Shown here: positions 28,166 to 41,559 of the stretch, piece by piece | Layout of the letters: every line of letters begins with the position of its first letter | Position numbering within the stretch: position 1 is the stretch's first letter | From: Eledone cirrhosa | Taxonomy: Eukaryota | Direction: 5' to 3' | DNA length: 64,000 nucleotides | NCBI GenBank assembly: GCA_964016885.1 | Contig: OZ024742.1 | Location: 299,088,001 to 299,152,000 of the forward strand | Position numbers and translations under genes: made by a program | Notes under the pieces: generated by a model | What the model saw: only the letters and a program-made list of their open reading frames with translations | What the model was told of the DNA's origin: nothing | The model's database searches: none

Positions 28166-29509
28166 AATCCAAATGACGCTATATTTCCTTCAATAAGGCT
28201 ATTTGCATCATTTACAGTATAGCTATTCTTGTAACGATTTAGGCTATGCAAAATTGATTTTCATTTAATGCATATAGCTTGTGAGTTAACAGTAAAATCT
28301 ATAGTAACTCCAGCCAACATCCTGAATAATTTCGATAATTTGTCATTAAGACTGTGATGTCAGTATATGTGATGTCAGTATACTATTTTATGTCTATTGG
28401 TATGATCCACGTGTCTGGAAACTACAATATAATGTCATTATTTCAGAGAATTGTTCGAAGGCTTGTTGAAATCTCTGAAATCAAATCATTAACCCCGCAA
28501 TAACGAAATCTATCCGTGTGGTTATGTAGTGTTGAGTGTGCAACCGATTGCCCAAACGGTTTCATTCTAGGCATTGACCTGGTGCAATCTGTACAAAATA
28601 AATAAATAGAAAGCTAAAATACGTGTACTTTGATATACTCTGAAGTTCATACCAAACTGTAAGAAAAATACATTTGAGTAGGCTCGCCGTTGATAATGTT
28701 TTATGAGATACGAATATAAAAAGAAATATACTGGATGAAGGTATAAAACTTAATTCGTTGCCCGATACATTATTAGCTAATTGAGTGGTTAAGAAGTTTC
28801 TCACACAATCATGTGGTCTTAAATTCAATCTCACTGGATGATATCTTTGCCACAGTTTCTTGTAAATTTCTTCGCCATAGCCTCTAGTCGACCCAAGCAT
28901 AGTGAGTGAAATTGAGTTGGCGATAACTGTATAGAAGCCAGTTGGATACATTGTAATTCAATAGTTTAGCTTTATCATATATTTAGTCGCGTTGATTTTA
29001 CTTGGTGATTAGGTTAAAATTACATGGAATACTCAACCACTTCAATTTATTTCACGGATCGAAGTTTCTAACTACTGAATGCTCATCATTGAAAGTTTTG
29101 GAAAATCCATCGAATCTTAGATGCGGGTAGAAGGCTTGAATCACTAAACTACGAAGTCTTAAAACATGTATACCTCTAAAAGATTGGATTGCATTTGACT
29201 AAAGAAAATGAAAAGTGAAACTTATAGCGCAAACATATTGGGGTTTAACTGGCCCCAGCGAGGTTACATTCCATGAGAGGTTTTCTAGGTATTTTAATGC
29301 AACAATATCATGAAAAGCAAGACGACATGAAACGTGCCACCAAGTTTAAGACTCCCTTTGAGATCAAGAACTCAACACCCACCCTAACGACTAACGTAAT
29401 AGAACGTGTGACTTTAAATTCTTGTTCACGTGGTTAATTATTTTTACATATATTTCATTACTGCACTACGGCTTGATGAACACAACGACAAGGATATGGT
29501 CCGAATATG

Positions 29510-29782
29510 AAAGAGCCGAACTCCCACTGTCATCGCCTCCACCTCTCTCGCCCTCCCCATCTCTCCGCATGGTGAGCAAATGGGATCCCACGTGCTGGCC
29601 TCCCCACAGCCCCGGCGGACAGAATGGAGAAGGCGTTTCCCCGGAGATGCAACTCATTTTTCCAGTTCCAGCTTGGGAAACGTAAAATAAATTGTTTTTC
29701 AGAAGGACACATGGCACTGACGGGAATCAAACGCAGGACCTTACAACCGAGGTTCACACACCCTAACACAAAGCGACATGCA
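29510..29782 (-). mobile_element. Decayed tRNA-derived SINE with GC-rich tail
   Basis: Reverse complement of 29782-29660 has A/B-box remnants (gtgttagggtg...gtttgattcccg) and a CORE-like gtccttctgaaaaacaatttattttacg. Confidence 0.5.
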
Positions 29783-30147
29783 AATACTTAAGATGTAAAG
29801 CCTAGCTATCATGAATATTTAAATCCATGCAAATATAGTCATTTTCCCAAGTGTATGTTTCCCCAGGTGAATGACATTTAAAAAGACATCTCTAAATTAT
29901 AACAGGCAACAATATAATTTCAGGAATATTAATTCAATGATATTACTCAAACGACAAAAGAGCTGTTCGTTAAATATAACTACAGCGCCATAAAGGCTAC
30001 CATACATGCCCTCTTTTCTGTTGTTTTCCACGTTGACTTGCCTTATATATTCACAATGCATAGATATATATATATGCATATATCTACAAACACTCCACCC
30101 TGACCATATATATATATGCATTGTGTATATATATATATATATATATA

Positions 30148-30480
30148 TCACAGAAAAAAGAGAGTCAGTGTTGCGACGAATGGAATTTATTGGACATATT
30201 ACAATCGTTTCTTGATACGTCTTTATTCTACGAAACAGATTTTCGTATTCGTAGAATCAAGACGTATCTGAGGGTCTTGCGATTTTCAGAGTCAGGTTCG
30301 ATCATCACATCGATCGTGCCTCCAGCTGGTCGCCAGAGAAATGATTGTAATATGTCCAATAAATTCCATTCGTCGCAACACTGATTTTCTTTTTTTCTGT
30401 GACATCATACTCTGCTCTATGAGAGCATCGCGTGCTCATACGGCCTACCGCATACGGACGCTTTAAGCATCCAACACCAA
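30148..30480. mobile_element. Fold-back element with hammerhead motif having a long stem II; related copy at 56908-57145
   Basis: 30148-30212 is inverted at 30335-30402. acgtat-CTGAGGG-tcttgcga...tcgccaga-GAAAT-gatt-GTA-atatgt at 30263-30356; the mirror arm reads gaaacgattgta. Shares gagcac..atgctct.a.agagcagagtatgat with 56945-56980. Confidence 0.65.
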
Positions 30481-30533
30481 TTATATATATATATTTTTGG
30501 CCGGAGTATCGCTAAAAGCTTTCTCCGATAATG

Positions 30534-30564
<31 letters not shown>

Positions 30565-30712
30565 CGCCGTTATAATATATGTATGACTGGTACCTTCAGT
30601 CGGTTTTTTGTGTCACACTGTTGTGTTTACTCTGGACCTAATGTTCTGTTAAATTTCGCATCAATCTGTGCTTTGTGATTGCCTCAAACATATCGATTAG
30701 TACTTGCTGGAC

Positions 30713-30774
<62 letters not shown>

Positions 30775-30848
30775 ATACATGTAAGTATGTTTTGAAACAG
30801 TGAGACACTTTTAAAAAAAATTAGAAATAGAAGCATTCGTCATATTTT

Positions 30849-31054
30849 TAACTAACGAAACTTATGTCTGATAGTGGGGTTTAGAACTCTCTAAGAAATG
30901 GAAAAAGATGAGTATTGACGTACTGTAGAGTCGAACCCACATATTTGGTTATCCAGACCACTGTGATACCATTACACAAACACATCAATACTCATTTTTT
31001 CCCATTTCGTAGGGGGTTCTAAACCCCACTATCAGACTAAAGTTTCTTTAGTTA
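30849..31054. mobile_element. MITE-like hairpin: about 70-bp inverted arms enclosing a tRNA-like core
   Basis: Arms taactaacgaaacttatgtctgatagtggggtttagaac...tgagtattga / tcaatactca...gttctaaaccccactatcagactaaagtttctttagtta. The core on the minus strand has tgtgtaatggtatcac (A box) and gggttcgactc (B box). Confidence 0.65.
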
Positions 31055-31073
31055 TATATATATATATATATAT

Positions 31074-31319
31074 ATAAGGAAAAAGGATGAAATCGAAAAT
31101 GCGACTGGAGTATTTTTTAAAATATTGTTTCGCAGTTCTTGTGCTTTTCAAAGGTAGAATTGAGATGGAGGGTTTGTGGTTTTTCTCACGAAAAACTACA
31201 AACCCTCCATCTCAATTCTACTTTTGAAAAGCACAAGAACTGCGAAACCGGTAAAGGAACCAAATAAATGTTTTTAAAATACTCCAGTTACATTGTCGAT
31301 TTCAGCTTTTTTCCTTATA
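31074..31319. mobile_element. Fold-back element with variant hammerhead motif; second copy at 63879-64000
   Basis: Palindrome axis at about 31187. ctt-TTGAAAA-gca[caagaac]tgc-GAAAC-cg-GTA-aag at 31221-31256. Confidence 0.7.
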
Positions 31320-31371
31320 CTTTCACTCGTGTAGGACATCTCGTTTTTTTTTCATTTTGTAAAAAAACCTC

Positions 31372-31477
<106 letters not shown>

Positions 31478-32082
31478 GCGCGCTCGCGCGGTCGTGTGTG
31501 TGTGCGTGTGCGCGCTCGCGCGGTCGTGTGTGTGTCTGCGTGTGTTTGTTTGTGTATGTATGTATATATAATATATTGATAGATTGATAGATAGATAAAA
31601 GATAAAGATGCATAGTAAGACATAATATACATATATATATACAGGGAGGGAGAGAGAAAGAGATAGTGAGAGAAATATGTCTGTGTGTGTGTGTCCGTGT
31701 GTGTGTGTGTACTTCTGGCTGAGGATGAGGTAAAGGTTAACTAAATGTGTTACTCAGAATCCTTCGTTTTAAATGCCAAACGCCGTTAGAAACGCAAATC
31801 ACAGGGTAGCAAGATGACTTTTGTGACAAAAATAAGTATCTTTTGCAACACTTCTACAAGACATTTGGCATATTCCGCGATTTCAATAATTTACTGATGA
31901 ATAGAAAAGTGAAGCACACAAGAGATACTTAGTGAATAAGAAATCTACCAGGAACATTTGGGAAGGCAAACCGAATAACTGTCAAACTACGAACACATCT
32001 GGATGAAGGACAGTGGCTGTGACAGTGATACATACATACATAAATCCATCCATCTACCCATCCATCCAAACATACATACATA

Positions 32083-32660
32083 CAGACCAGATATAATGTC
32101 ATGGGACAGGGAAAAGAAGGCATGCACAGTAGTAGAAGTTAGCTGCCCAGCAGATGCCAATATAATATTAAAGATTAGCGAAAGGGAGAATATTTATGCA
32201 GAACTAATGAGAAATCTACAGATACTCCACCCTAACTATACCTTCAAATTTATGCCTGTGATTATTGGGGCACTGGGATATGTTAGTAACTGCCTCAATA
32301 CAAATCTTGAGAAGCTGAGCTTCACAGGAACAGAAAGAACACAACTAGTTAGGAAATTACAAGTACAATCCATTAATGGAACAGTAAAAATATGTAAAAC
32401 ATTCCAAAAACTGCATCTAATAACTGCATATACACTTGTACAGATAGAAAGGATATGCACATGAATACATACAACTCAAAACATCCACATCCACACATAC
32501 AATAACATCCATACCTGCACACACATGCATGCATGCAGACATGCATACATATCTACCTAGTTGATGTGTAAATTCCAATGAGAGAGTCTTGTATCTATGT
32601 TAGAAACCGACTCTCTCTCTCTATTGGTAAAATATTTATAAAATTATAAAGCCAGAACAT
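32083..32660 (+). mobile_element. R4/Dong-clade non-LTR retrotransposon 3' end (RLE domain + 3'UTR)
   Basis: RPDIMSWDREKKACTVVEVSCPADANI...ERENIYAELMRNL...FMPVIIGALGYV...GTVKICKTF (PD-(D/E)xK RLE). Flanked by (CATA)n-type microsatellite. 3' stem-loop ccaat-gagagagtc...gactctctc-tctctattgg. Confidence 0.8.
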
Positions 32661-32713
32661 ATATACATATATACATAAGACCAACAGATTTCCTCATACA
32701 ACAACGCCAGAAT

Positions 32714-33058
<345 letters not shown>

Positions 33059-33107
33059 TATATTTATTTATTTATATTCATATATATATATAAACGGAAT
33101 ATAGTAG

Positions 33108-33152
33108 TGAAAGTGTCTTTATGTTTCGGATACTAATCCTTCATCAGATGTT
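33108..33152 (-). ncRNA. Hammerhead core (stems I/III degenerate) in a (TA)n-flanked element
   Basis: Reverse complement CTGATGA-a-ggat[tagt]atcc-GAAAC. Confidence 0.5.
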
Positions 33153-34338
33153 AGAATGAGAAATAAAGAATGCAATAGATAGATAGAGAATGAAAAAAGA
33201 AAGGAACGGAAACATTTTGTTTTTATTTTATTTTAATTTTAAAAGAGCACGTGTATATTCAGTCAGCCATTTATGGAGATACATTTAATTATATACCTGT
33301 ATGTAGTATGTAGATACAGACATTAATACCTTATATATACAACAATTCATTCAGCACATTCCCATCTTTTTCCTGTATCCGTTGATCTAATGGGCCTGCA
33401 GTCATTATCGGTAGCGGACATCATCTGAATTACATATTATTCCATATATGCTCATCTACCTACCTTCTCCCCACCCCTCTCTCTCTCTTTCTCTCTGTCT
33501 CTCTATCTATCTATGCCCCCCCCCTCTCTCTCTCTGCGTCTGTCTATCTATCTATACCCCCCTCTCTCTCTGTCTTTATTCCTTTCACTCGCTGCTTCTC
33601 ATTTACTCTCTAACTTGTTTCTTATTCTATCCATCACACACACTCTCACTTTCCCTTTCTTTTATAGACATTTAAGCACTTACATACAATCGCATATCTA
33701 CATTTCATTTTTGATTATAATCTCGCTATGATATATATTTACTTACGCTTTCATTTCTTAAATTTTTTGAGCAAAATACAATAAATAAACAAAATTTATA
33801 ATTCCGTTGTTGTTTTGTCTTTCTTACTACTTATAACTATATCATCAGTCAATATCAATGCTTGCACCTTCCAGCTGTCAATCTTATGTGTCTCTCTCTC
33901 TGGTACTGTCTTTCTGCCAGCCGTACGTATCACACAATTTATCATAATTATCAGTCTCGTTGCAGTACACGTATTTCTAAACAACAAACGACTGGCTACA
34001 TTCTAATAAGCATGCTAGAGTTATGTCCCTTGTATCTTTCAAAAGCAACTTATTAAACGCTATTATACAAGCCTAAAATTTCGTATGCACAAACAATAGT
34101 GTGTGTGTAGGGGTGTGTGTGTGTGTGGGGGGGGGGGGAATTAACTCGCCATTTCACGTGTTTTCAATTCACTTAGTTGAAATAAATTAACAATAGCAAG
34201 GAGTGAGGATATGGGTGGTAACTCTTCGACAGACTGACGGGCAGATTTCCGCCCTAGGACATAGTCTAAGCGTCTCAGTCAACGCATAACGTCAACGAAA
34301 CAGGGATACTATCCGGACTAATGAGCCACTAGGATTAA

Positions 34339-34556
34339 CACTTTAGCATTTACCTTATTCTCTATATACTATTGTATCTTCAAAGTAAAGGCTTTACCTC
34401 ACATAATTATCTCACATAATATAGAATATATGAGATTCTGATATTTGTCTTGAGAACAAAACCTTAACATAAGAATGAGCATCCGGTTACGGCCGGTTTG
34501 AACAGAAAGAGGTGAGAGAATTCTGGACGGATACGGCCGGTTTAAATGCTAACGGG
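34339..34556. mobile_element. piggyBac-type MITE; truncated second copy at about 60498-60697
   Basis: TTAA|cactttagcattta ... taaatgctaacggg|TTAA. The internal sequence clearly matches 60498-60697, which begins TTAA|ccctttagtattta. Confidence 0.75.
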
Positions 34557-34878
34557 TTAAGATAGACAAATTCTTTTCGAGTCAAACACGTATATACCCA
34601 CATATTATATGGTGGCCTTCCGTCGTTCCCGACAACGAGTGCTCCAGTTGATTCAATCATCGAAACTATATTTCCCACACATGCACACTTAATGTAGTTC
34701 TCAGGGAAATTCAATGCGACATGCAGTGTGAAAAGCCTGGCCCCTTGAATTACAGATACAATTAAATATTTCCAGGTGAGTGGATTGCAGCAACTCGAAC
34801 TAAGGTGTCTTGCTGAACGCCACAATGCATTAGCATGTCTGAGACCCATGCGCCCTCACACATTGTATATATATATAT

Positions 34879-34912
<34 letters not shown>

Positions 34913-35349
34913 GTATATGATGGCTGCCCCCTCGTTATCCAGTATGACCATTGCACGATATACCATTATTAATAATTATTAATTAATTCTATCGTGCAAT
35001 ACCTGTGCGTCAAGATTTTTTTAAAGTGAGGAAAGATTGTGCACTGAGCCAATCCCACTCTCTGAGCGACAGTAGCTATAACCCGAAAAGAATAAAAGAT
35101 CACCATCATCGGTAACTACTGAGCCGCAGGTTTTATATCGGAGTTATCCCAGTTTCCTGAGTTGCCTTCTCCTAGAAGAATGCCCTGACAAAGGCTAGGG
35201 GTCCTTCACTCCCAGTGGTTTAACCGCACGATCGGGTGTCCAGCCCGACTATTTCTATATCCCCGCGCATATACATACACGTGCACCCATGTATATATAC
35301 ATATACATACATATGTACATGTGTATATACATATTTACACACATTTGTG

Positions 35350-35415
<66 letters not shown>

Positions 35416-35557
35416 ATAACAAGTTATTGTTTAAGGTAATCTAGCTAGAGGTGTCGAGGATAGTTTTAACGTACGGCGTTGTTTGACTCAACAAGAAGTT
35501 TCCTTAGTCGGGTGGCCAGTTTAAGAAAGTTCCTAGGCAGGCGGTTTTTAGAGTAAT

Positions 35558-35821
35558 AATAGCAAAAGAATGAAGAATAACATGGTCAGCTGTACAATAG
35601 GGTTTATTTACAGTATTAAAAATGGTTTCTCTAATCAGGTGGGTCTAAAAATCTTCAGAATACCAGTATTCTGACTATTTGGTCGGGTATGGACTGTAAT
35701 TAAGGTCCAGTGACGTAACTTCTAACGATCAGCGGCTTTCAGACTTACCTGATTAAAGAAACGATTGTTAATACTGTAAATAAACCCTATGTACAGCCGA
35801 CCATATTATTATTCATTCTTT

Positions 35822-35827
<6 letters not shown>
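35558..35827. mobile_element. Fold-back element with hammerhead motif
   Basis: 35558-35650 is inverted at 35737-35827. Minus strand gtatt-CTGAAGA...GAAAC (35663-35612); the mirror arm reads GAAAC-gatt-GTT-aatac. Confidence 0.7.
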
Positions 35828-35851
<24 letters not shown>

Positions 35852-35852
<1 letters not shown>

Positions 35853-35995
35853 ATGGTTTCTGATTCAGGCACAAGGCCAACAATTTGGTGGGAGGGCAAA
35901 GTCGATTAAATCGAACCAATGCATTACTGGTACGTTATTTTATCGACTCCGTAAGGATGAAACGCTAACCTTGGCGGTATTTGAACTCAGAACGG
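35852..35995 (-). mobile_element. SINE family B partial copy
   Basis: ggcacaaggcc...tactggtacgttattttatcgactccgtaaggatgaaa...tttgaactcagaac. Confidence 0.75.
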
Positions 35996-36999
35996 AGCAG
36001 CAACGAATTATCAAAAGTTGTTGGCTTTGTGCCTAAATCAAAACCAATATATATATATGGAATTAAATAGCAAAACTATGTTGATCTGTCGGTTCAATTA
36101 CTGTGTTCCGGAAATTTTCTGTGGACGAATAATAACGAGCTTCCAATTTTGCCGGATTTACGACGTCCAGCCTGTACAGAATTTTATTCATGCACTCTCG
36201 GTTAGAGTTTGATTTAGAGTCATAGTTAGGTTAGAATTGCAGTTAAGTTCGTGTGAGAAATGAATGCGAGGAATAGAGCGAAATATTTTCCTTTCTTCAA
36301 ACCCGTCTATAGTTTATGGTACCCAATATAGCTTTTTATCTAACAGAAAAAAAAAGTTCGACAAGCTTTATGTTTCTCTATATTTATCTTCAAGGAGTGC
36401 AACAGGAAAAGCTTAATTTCTTAAGAAATAGTTCGTTGTTGCTAAAGCAACCAAGTGAGAATTATATTATAGAAAAGTTGTACGTAATAATACAAACATG
36501 AACGCATGTGGGTTATTTTAATAGCCTTGCCTCTAATCCATTAAATAATGACTATTTGGAAACACTTAAATTCAAACCAAACCATTTTAAGAATGCTAAT
36601 ATATAATAGATATTCTCAAACGAATTCTAATACAATCTTCACGTCTCAAATTGCAACTCATAAACCACAAACATAAAAAAATAATACAACACAGAAAATA
36701 TTTATTACACTTTGCTGTATATAATTTATAACTGCGGTAATAAATAACAGGTTTACTGCCAGTCGAGGTATATATCTATAAGAGAAGATATATTTAAATA
36801 TTTAGAGGTCGAGTAGATGCGTGAAACTCTATGCTGGAATTCTCTAATACAGAGGTTTCCAAATTATGTGTCACTAATGTGTTGCTGATAATCTCTAGGA
36901 GTGTCACGAAATTGGGTTAAATCTATAATATTTTATGAATATTTGGCTGTGAAATATATTTGAGATCTGACAGTAAGGTTTGCAAATTGGCTTTTCATT

Positions 37000-37600
37000 T
37001 AGGCTTGGTCTTCGTGTGTGAGAAACGAATGTCGTCGCTAATCTATAGTAGACGTTTCTGAACTTCACTCGCTCGCATGTCACCTCGGGGCAGCCTCTTT
37101 CCACAAGATGTAGGGTGCTGGTCTCAACGAAATTCTTCAGCGTAACTGATTCCACATCGCAGCTAGAAACAGTGCCGTTAAACTGAGGGCAATGAAAAAG
37201 TCTCCATTACAAGGTGGTGAGCGCCTAAATTTAGATGCGACATGCAATGTTACCTTCTCTAGCGGCAACCTGATGGAATCCGCATCAGACCCAGAATTCA
37301 TTACCTGGCAGGCTAAAAATCACAAGTACCGGACGCTTTCTGATAGGTCTCCTGTCGAACCCATATCGTTGGGAACGTTTGGCATCCAGAAACCTCGGAA
37401 CATTTCATTGATTTCGGTCTGGATGAAGAAAGCCACCCCCCAAGAATGCTCTTGGTGAGGTAGACTATTTCTTTCAGTGCCCATCCTTCTGTAATTTCTG
37501 GATTAACGCAATCACTATTCTGTGCGCCATAACTATGACGCTGTGATGTTCTTTGCAAATCTTCCACTAATTACCTTTTAGACATGTGATATATCTAATT
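37000..37600 (+). mobile_element. Older CRE-like RLE-domain fragment, possibly nested in an hAT-like MITE (about 36850-37717)
   Basis: LDATCNVTFSSGNLMESASDP...KYRTLSDRSPVEPISLGTFG aligns with the 22178-22498 peptide. Flanks cagaggtttccaaat and gtttgggaagttcta resemble hAT TIRs. Confidence 0.55.
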
Positions 37601-39414
37601 GTATACTTATTAATTTCACCAATTTCGTGCTGCTAACAAAATGTTCCTTATGTGTCACGACAAAATTGATTTTTAACAAGTTTATCGCCAATGTGAAAAT
37701 GTTTGGGAAGTTCTACTTTAATGGCTCATGATCATTAATAATTTAAGCTGCAATGAAAAGAATCATTCAGAAGCAAAAGACAATATGAATATAACAGAAA
37801 CAGGCCCTGCCATCAGAGTGAACACACATATGTGATAAGAGATTATTGAAGTAGGAGATTTGATAGTAAGTTTACTGGTGTCTCTAGCAAAGAAAGTATC
37901 GATAGAGTGACGGATTAAATGCCTCTGATTTTCCCGCTTTCTGTGCTCTGGGTCCAAATACTGAAAAGATCAATTTTGTTTTTCATCTTCTCAGAGTCGA
38001 TAAATAACTCACATGTCCATGGATGGTAATAGACGGGTTTCTTTTCACTATCTGTGCTGGCACTGGGATTCTGAGTTCATAAAGAAACATTTATTTATAT
38101 GAGACTGTTTGCCTTCATATTTAGTGAAGCACTCTATAAAATGACAATAAATATTTGGGCATAGCTCAAAGAAATTTGTTTGATCAGTGCATATAATTTC
38201 TGTTTTACGTCCGGTGCTACTACTAATATCATCTTTATAAATGTATAAGAAATTCCACTTAATAGACGTTTCTAGAACAAAGGAATTATGATAGAATGTT
38301 TGCATTCAAAACCAGCGTCTGAGGATTTACTCACCAATGACAGAGCCTGCAGTTTCTACTACACAGTTAACACATATGCCCGTCAACTTATATGACAGAT
38401 CATAACAGCATACGACCCTCTCCACCGCTTTGAATATTTTCATAACGCTGCTACGCGGCAAATATGTTTAATGACTTATTTATTGAACGCAGGAGATTAC
38501 AAAGTATTTTAAATTTAATAATACAAAATTGTATAAAATTGATTTTTGTGTATACCACTAATATAAAGTACATAAAAGAAGCAGGATACACACACGTATG
38601 TAGTCACTATGTGGTATCCCACAAATTCCGTCTGTCAAATTTTACTCACAAAACACTGGTCAAGCCGAAACTATAGAAGTCACTTGCATACGTTTCCCGT
38701 TGTATGGCTGAAACTAAAACCATCTGGTTACAAGACAAATTTCTTAAACATGCAATCATACCTGCGTTTATAGAGATTATTTCAAATTGTATTACTTGTA
38801 ATCTAAAGCAGTGATATACCCAAAGCTCAGTATGTATTAAAGTAGGTTGTTAAGTATAATAGATTATTTCAGCTCTGATATGATTTGTGATAGAGAATTT
38901 TATATAATGTGTACACCTACATTTGGTCTCTAAAGTGATTATCAAGTTTCCATCAAATCACTTAATAGATGGTCTCGATCCAGGCAATCGTGTCTGTCAA
39001 TTTAAATGGATTCCATAATAGTTAATAATGGAGTCGATCATCTGATCTGTTGAAGGGAATGCATGCAAAGATATTATTGCGTGTAGCATGTCAATGGCCA
39101 AGTAACTAGGTGCATGTCGAAAATATGCAAATATTTACGGGGTGTGAAAAATTTGAATTTAACTTTAAACTGCTCGAAATTGCTACGATACATTTTATCT
39201 ATTAAAGTAATAAAATATTGCAGCGATGGAAGTTTATATAGAATTCGGATTAACAATATACACTATCACTGAAAGATAAGACACTTTGTGAAAACCAACT
39301 TATTGAAAGATAGCTTTATAGTTATTGGTCTGTAATGCAAAATGGATATTGGAAGTATCTGAAGAAGCTACTTTGGTCATACTACATCACTCTGTGTTGG
39401 ACCTCCGAAACAAG

Positions 39415-39890
39415 GTCGGTGGATTGGCAGTATCGGTAGAGCGTCAGACACCATGCTTTTCAGTATAGAGTTATGGCCCTTTACGTTCTGAGTTCAAATC
39501 CCGCCGAGGTTAGCTTTGCCTTTCATCCAAATTGTTGGCCTTGTGTCTAAATGAGAAACCATTATGTTAAATTAACATTTAGTGATTGACATACCATAGA
39601 CACATATACTCTTAACGTAATTCTCGGGGAGATTCAGCGTGACACAGTGTGTGACAAGGTTGGCTCTTTAAATCACAAGTACAACTTGATTTCCCCAGCT
39701 GAGTGACATAAAATAATTGTTTCTACATTTGGCACAAGGCCAGCAATTACCCAGTACATTACTGGTACTTTATTTTATCGACCCCGTAAGGATGAAAGGC
39801 AAAGTTAACCTCGGCGGGATTTGAACTCAGATCCTAAAGGGACGTAACTATGCTGGAAAGCATGGCGTCCGATTCTCTACCTATAAGGCC
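39415..39890. mobile_element. SINE cluster: family B (+) 39415-39565, CORE-like fragment, family B (-) 39712-39890
   Basis: Family B diagnostic motifs occur in opposite orientations. Confidence 0.75.
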
Positions 39891-40477
39891 AGGTAAGTAA
39901 AACAACTTAACCACTAAAACACTTGGTTTTGATACACATCCTGTATTCAGTCAGATAACACATAAGTCAATGCAAACTATTCATAACTCACAATTAGATA
40001 TAATATGATTTATGCAAACATAATTAAGCCTCCGTGTGAAGAGACTAAATATCCTTCTGTTGCATGAAACCACAACTATGAATAATTTGTGATTTCTTGC
40101 AGATTCGAGGCAGTGGGTCCGATCAAAATGCCTTGCGGTATTTTATTATGGATATTTACGTTTAGGAGTTGATAGATTAAAGTATCGGGCAAGTACTGGG
40201 GTCAGTTTAATTAACCCCCCTTCCCCAAATTACTGTTTTTTTTACCTAAATTGTGTTTCAATGTGTCATATTACGCTTTTATGGTAACGGGTGCAGAATT
40301 TAAAATCAGAATGCACAGAGGTAGAACAATGCTTTAAAATTTCAGCTTATCTAAGGAGCGATTGGTGTAAAATCACCCAAATCACTAGAAATGTTTGCAC
40401 CAATAATGAAATTCGTGGCCTGGTTTTTTAAAGGCATGCCCAACCCACGCAATCATGGACAGGTGGACGTAACAGGG

Positions 40478-40509
<32 letters not shown>

Positions 40510-40559
40510 GATGATTCTACACACACACACACACACACATATCTCTATATATATATCAT

Positions 40560-41550
40560 CCTCCTCGCCCTATCGTATATGCACACTAAAATTACACACC
40601 TAACAGATCAGGCTCACTTCATTTCTCTTCAACTTCCATATATCTTCTATATTAACCAGTCATGCTACACGGTCATGCAACATCGAGCTTCTCATACAGG
40701 CATCATACAATCTATACCTAGTAATTAACAGAAGTAGTAGCACCCAAGACCTTTTCTAGCCTGTTCTCATTCTAGCAGTTCTGCTTTCAAACAACCTCAA
40801 CCACCGCTAATTACGTCATAAATAACAGGAATTATCAACCATTTCTATGGAACCTCACTGAGATTGGAACAGGTTTATTTCACTACTGCTCTTACTATAC
40901 GCCAATCCTGTGCATTTGCCACATATAAAGATTATTAAAGATTATGTTTCTCTTAGCATGCCTACAATTATACTCTACTGATTGTCTAACCATACCTTAT
41001 ATTGTGTACATTGTATTCAGTTACTACCTAACTTTCTACATATCGAATACTGTCACATTTCTGATTATATCATAGTCTTGTCTTCTTCCCTACTTACTAA
41101 GACTTTGGTGTTTACTAGCTCTAATCTGAGCTATTTTGATTCTAAGTTCTGTTGCAACAACAGGAATTTTTTCTCGAGCTCTTCCACATATTTAACTATA
41201 AGAACCAAGTCATCAACCTAGATAACTTCCGTCATACACCTTGACTTATAGTCTTCCGTTATGGCCAACAGAACTCTATAATAGACAGGAGAGGCCAGAA
41301 AACTTATTCCTAATGAACATTCACCTGCACATTGAATTCCTCACTAAATTAATTTCTTACTCTCACTTTACACAGAGCTTCATTAGCACAAATGCACTCT
41401 GGTTTCATAAGGACCACCAGCTAAAAGATGATGGTATTCTGTCAATGACTTTTTTGTAGATCTACGAAACTTTGGTATAGCAGCTTACACTTAGCTAGGA
41501 ACTTTGGGGGGCAGCCGAGTCATTTCCTTATTTGTCATATTCCTTTTCTT
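40560..41550 (-). mobile_element. Old degenerate RTE LINE 3' fragment
   Basis: Minus strand gives L*VDDLVLIVKYVEELEKKF and LESK*LRLELVNTKVLV, homologous to the young RTE at 52266-55369. Confidence 0.65.
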
Positions 41551-41559
41551 CTCACCATG

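Noticed and set aside
37192-37458. Possible + strand host exon ending at tg|gtgagg
   Set aside because: The peptide aligns with the CRE-like RLE domain at 22178-22498, so it is a retroelement remnant.
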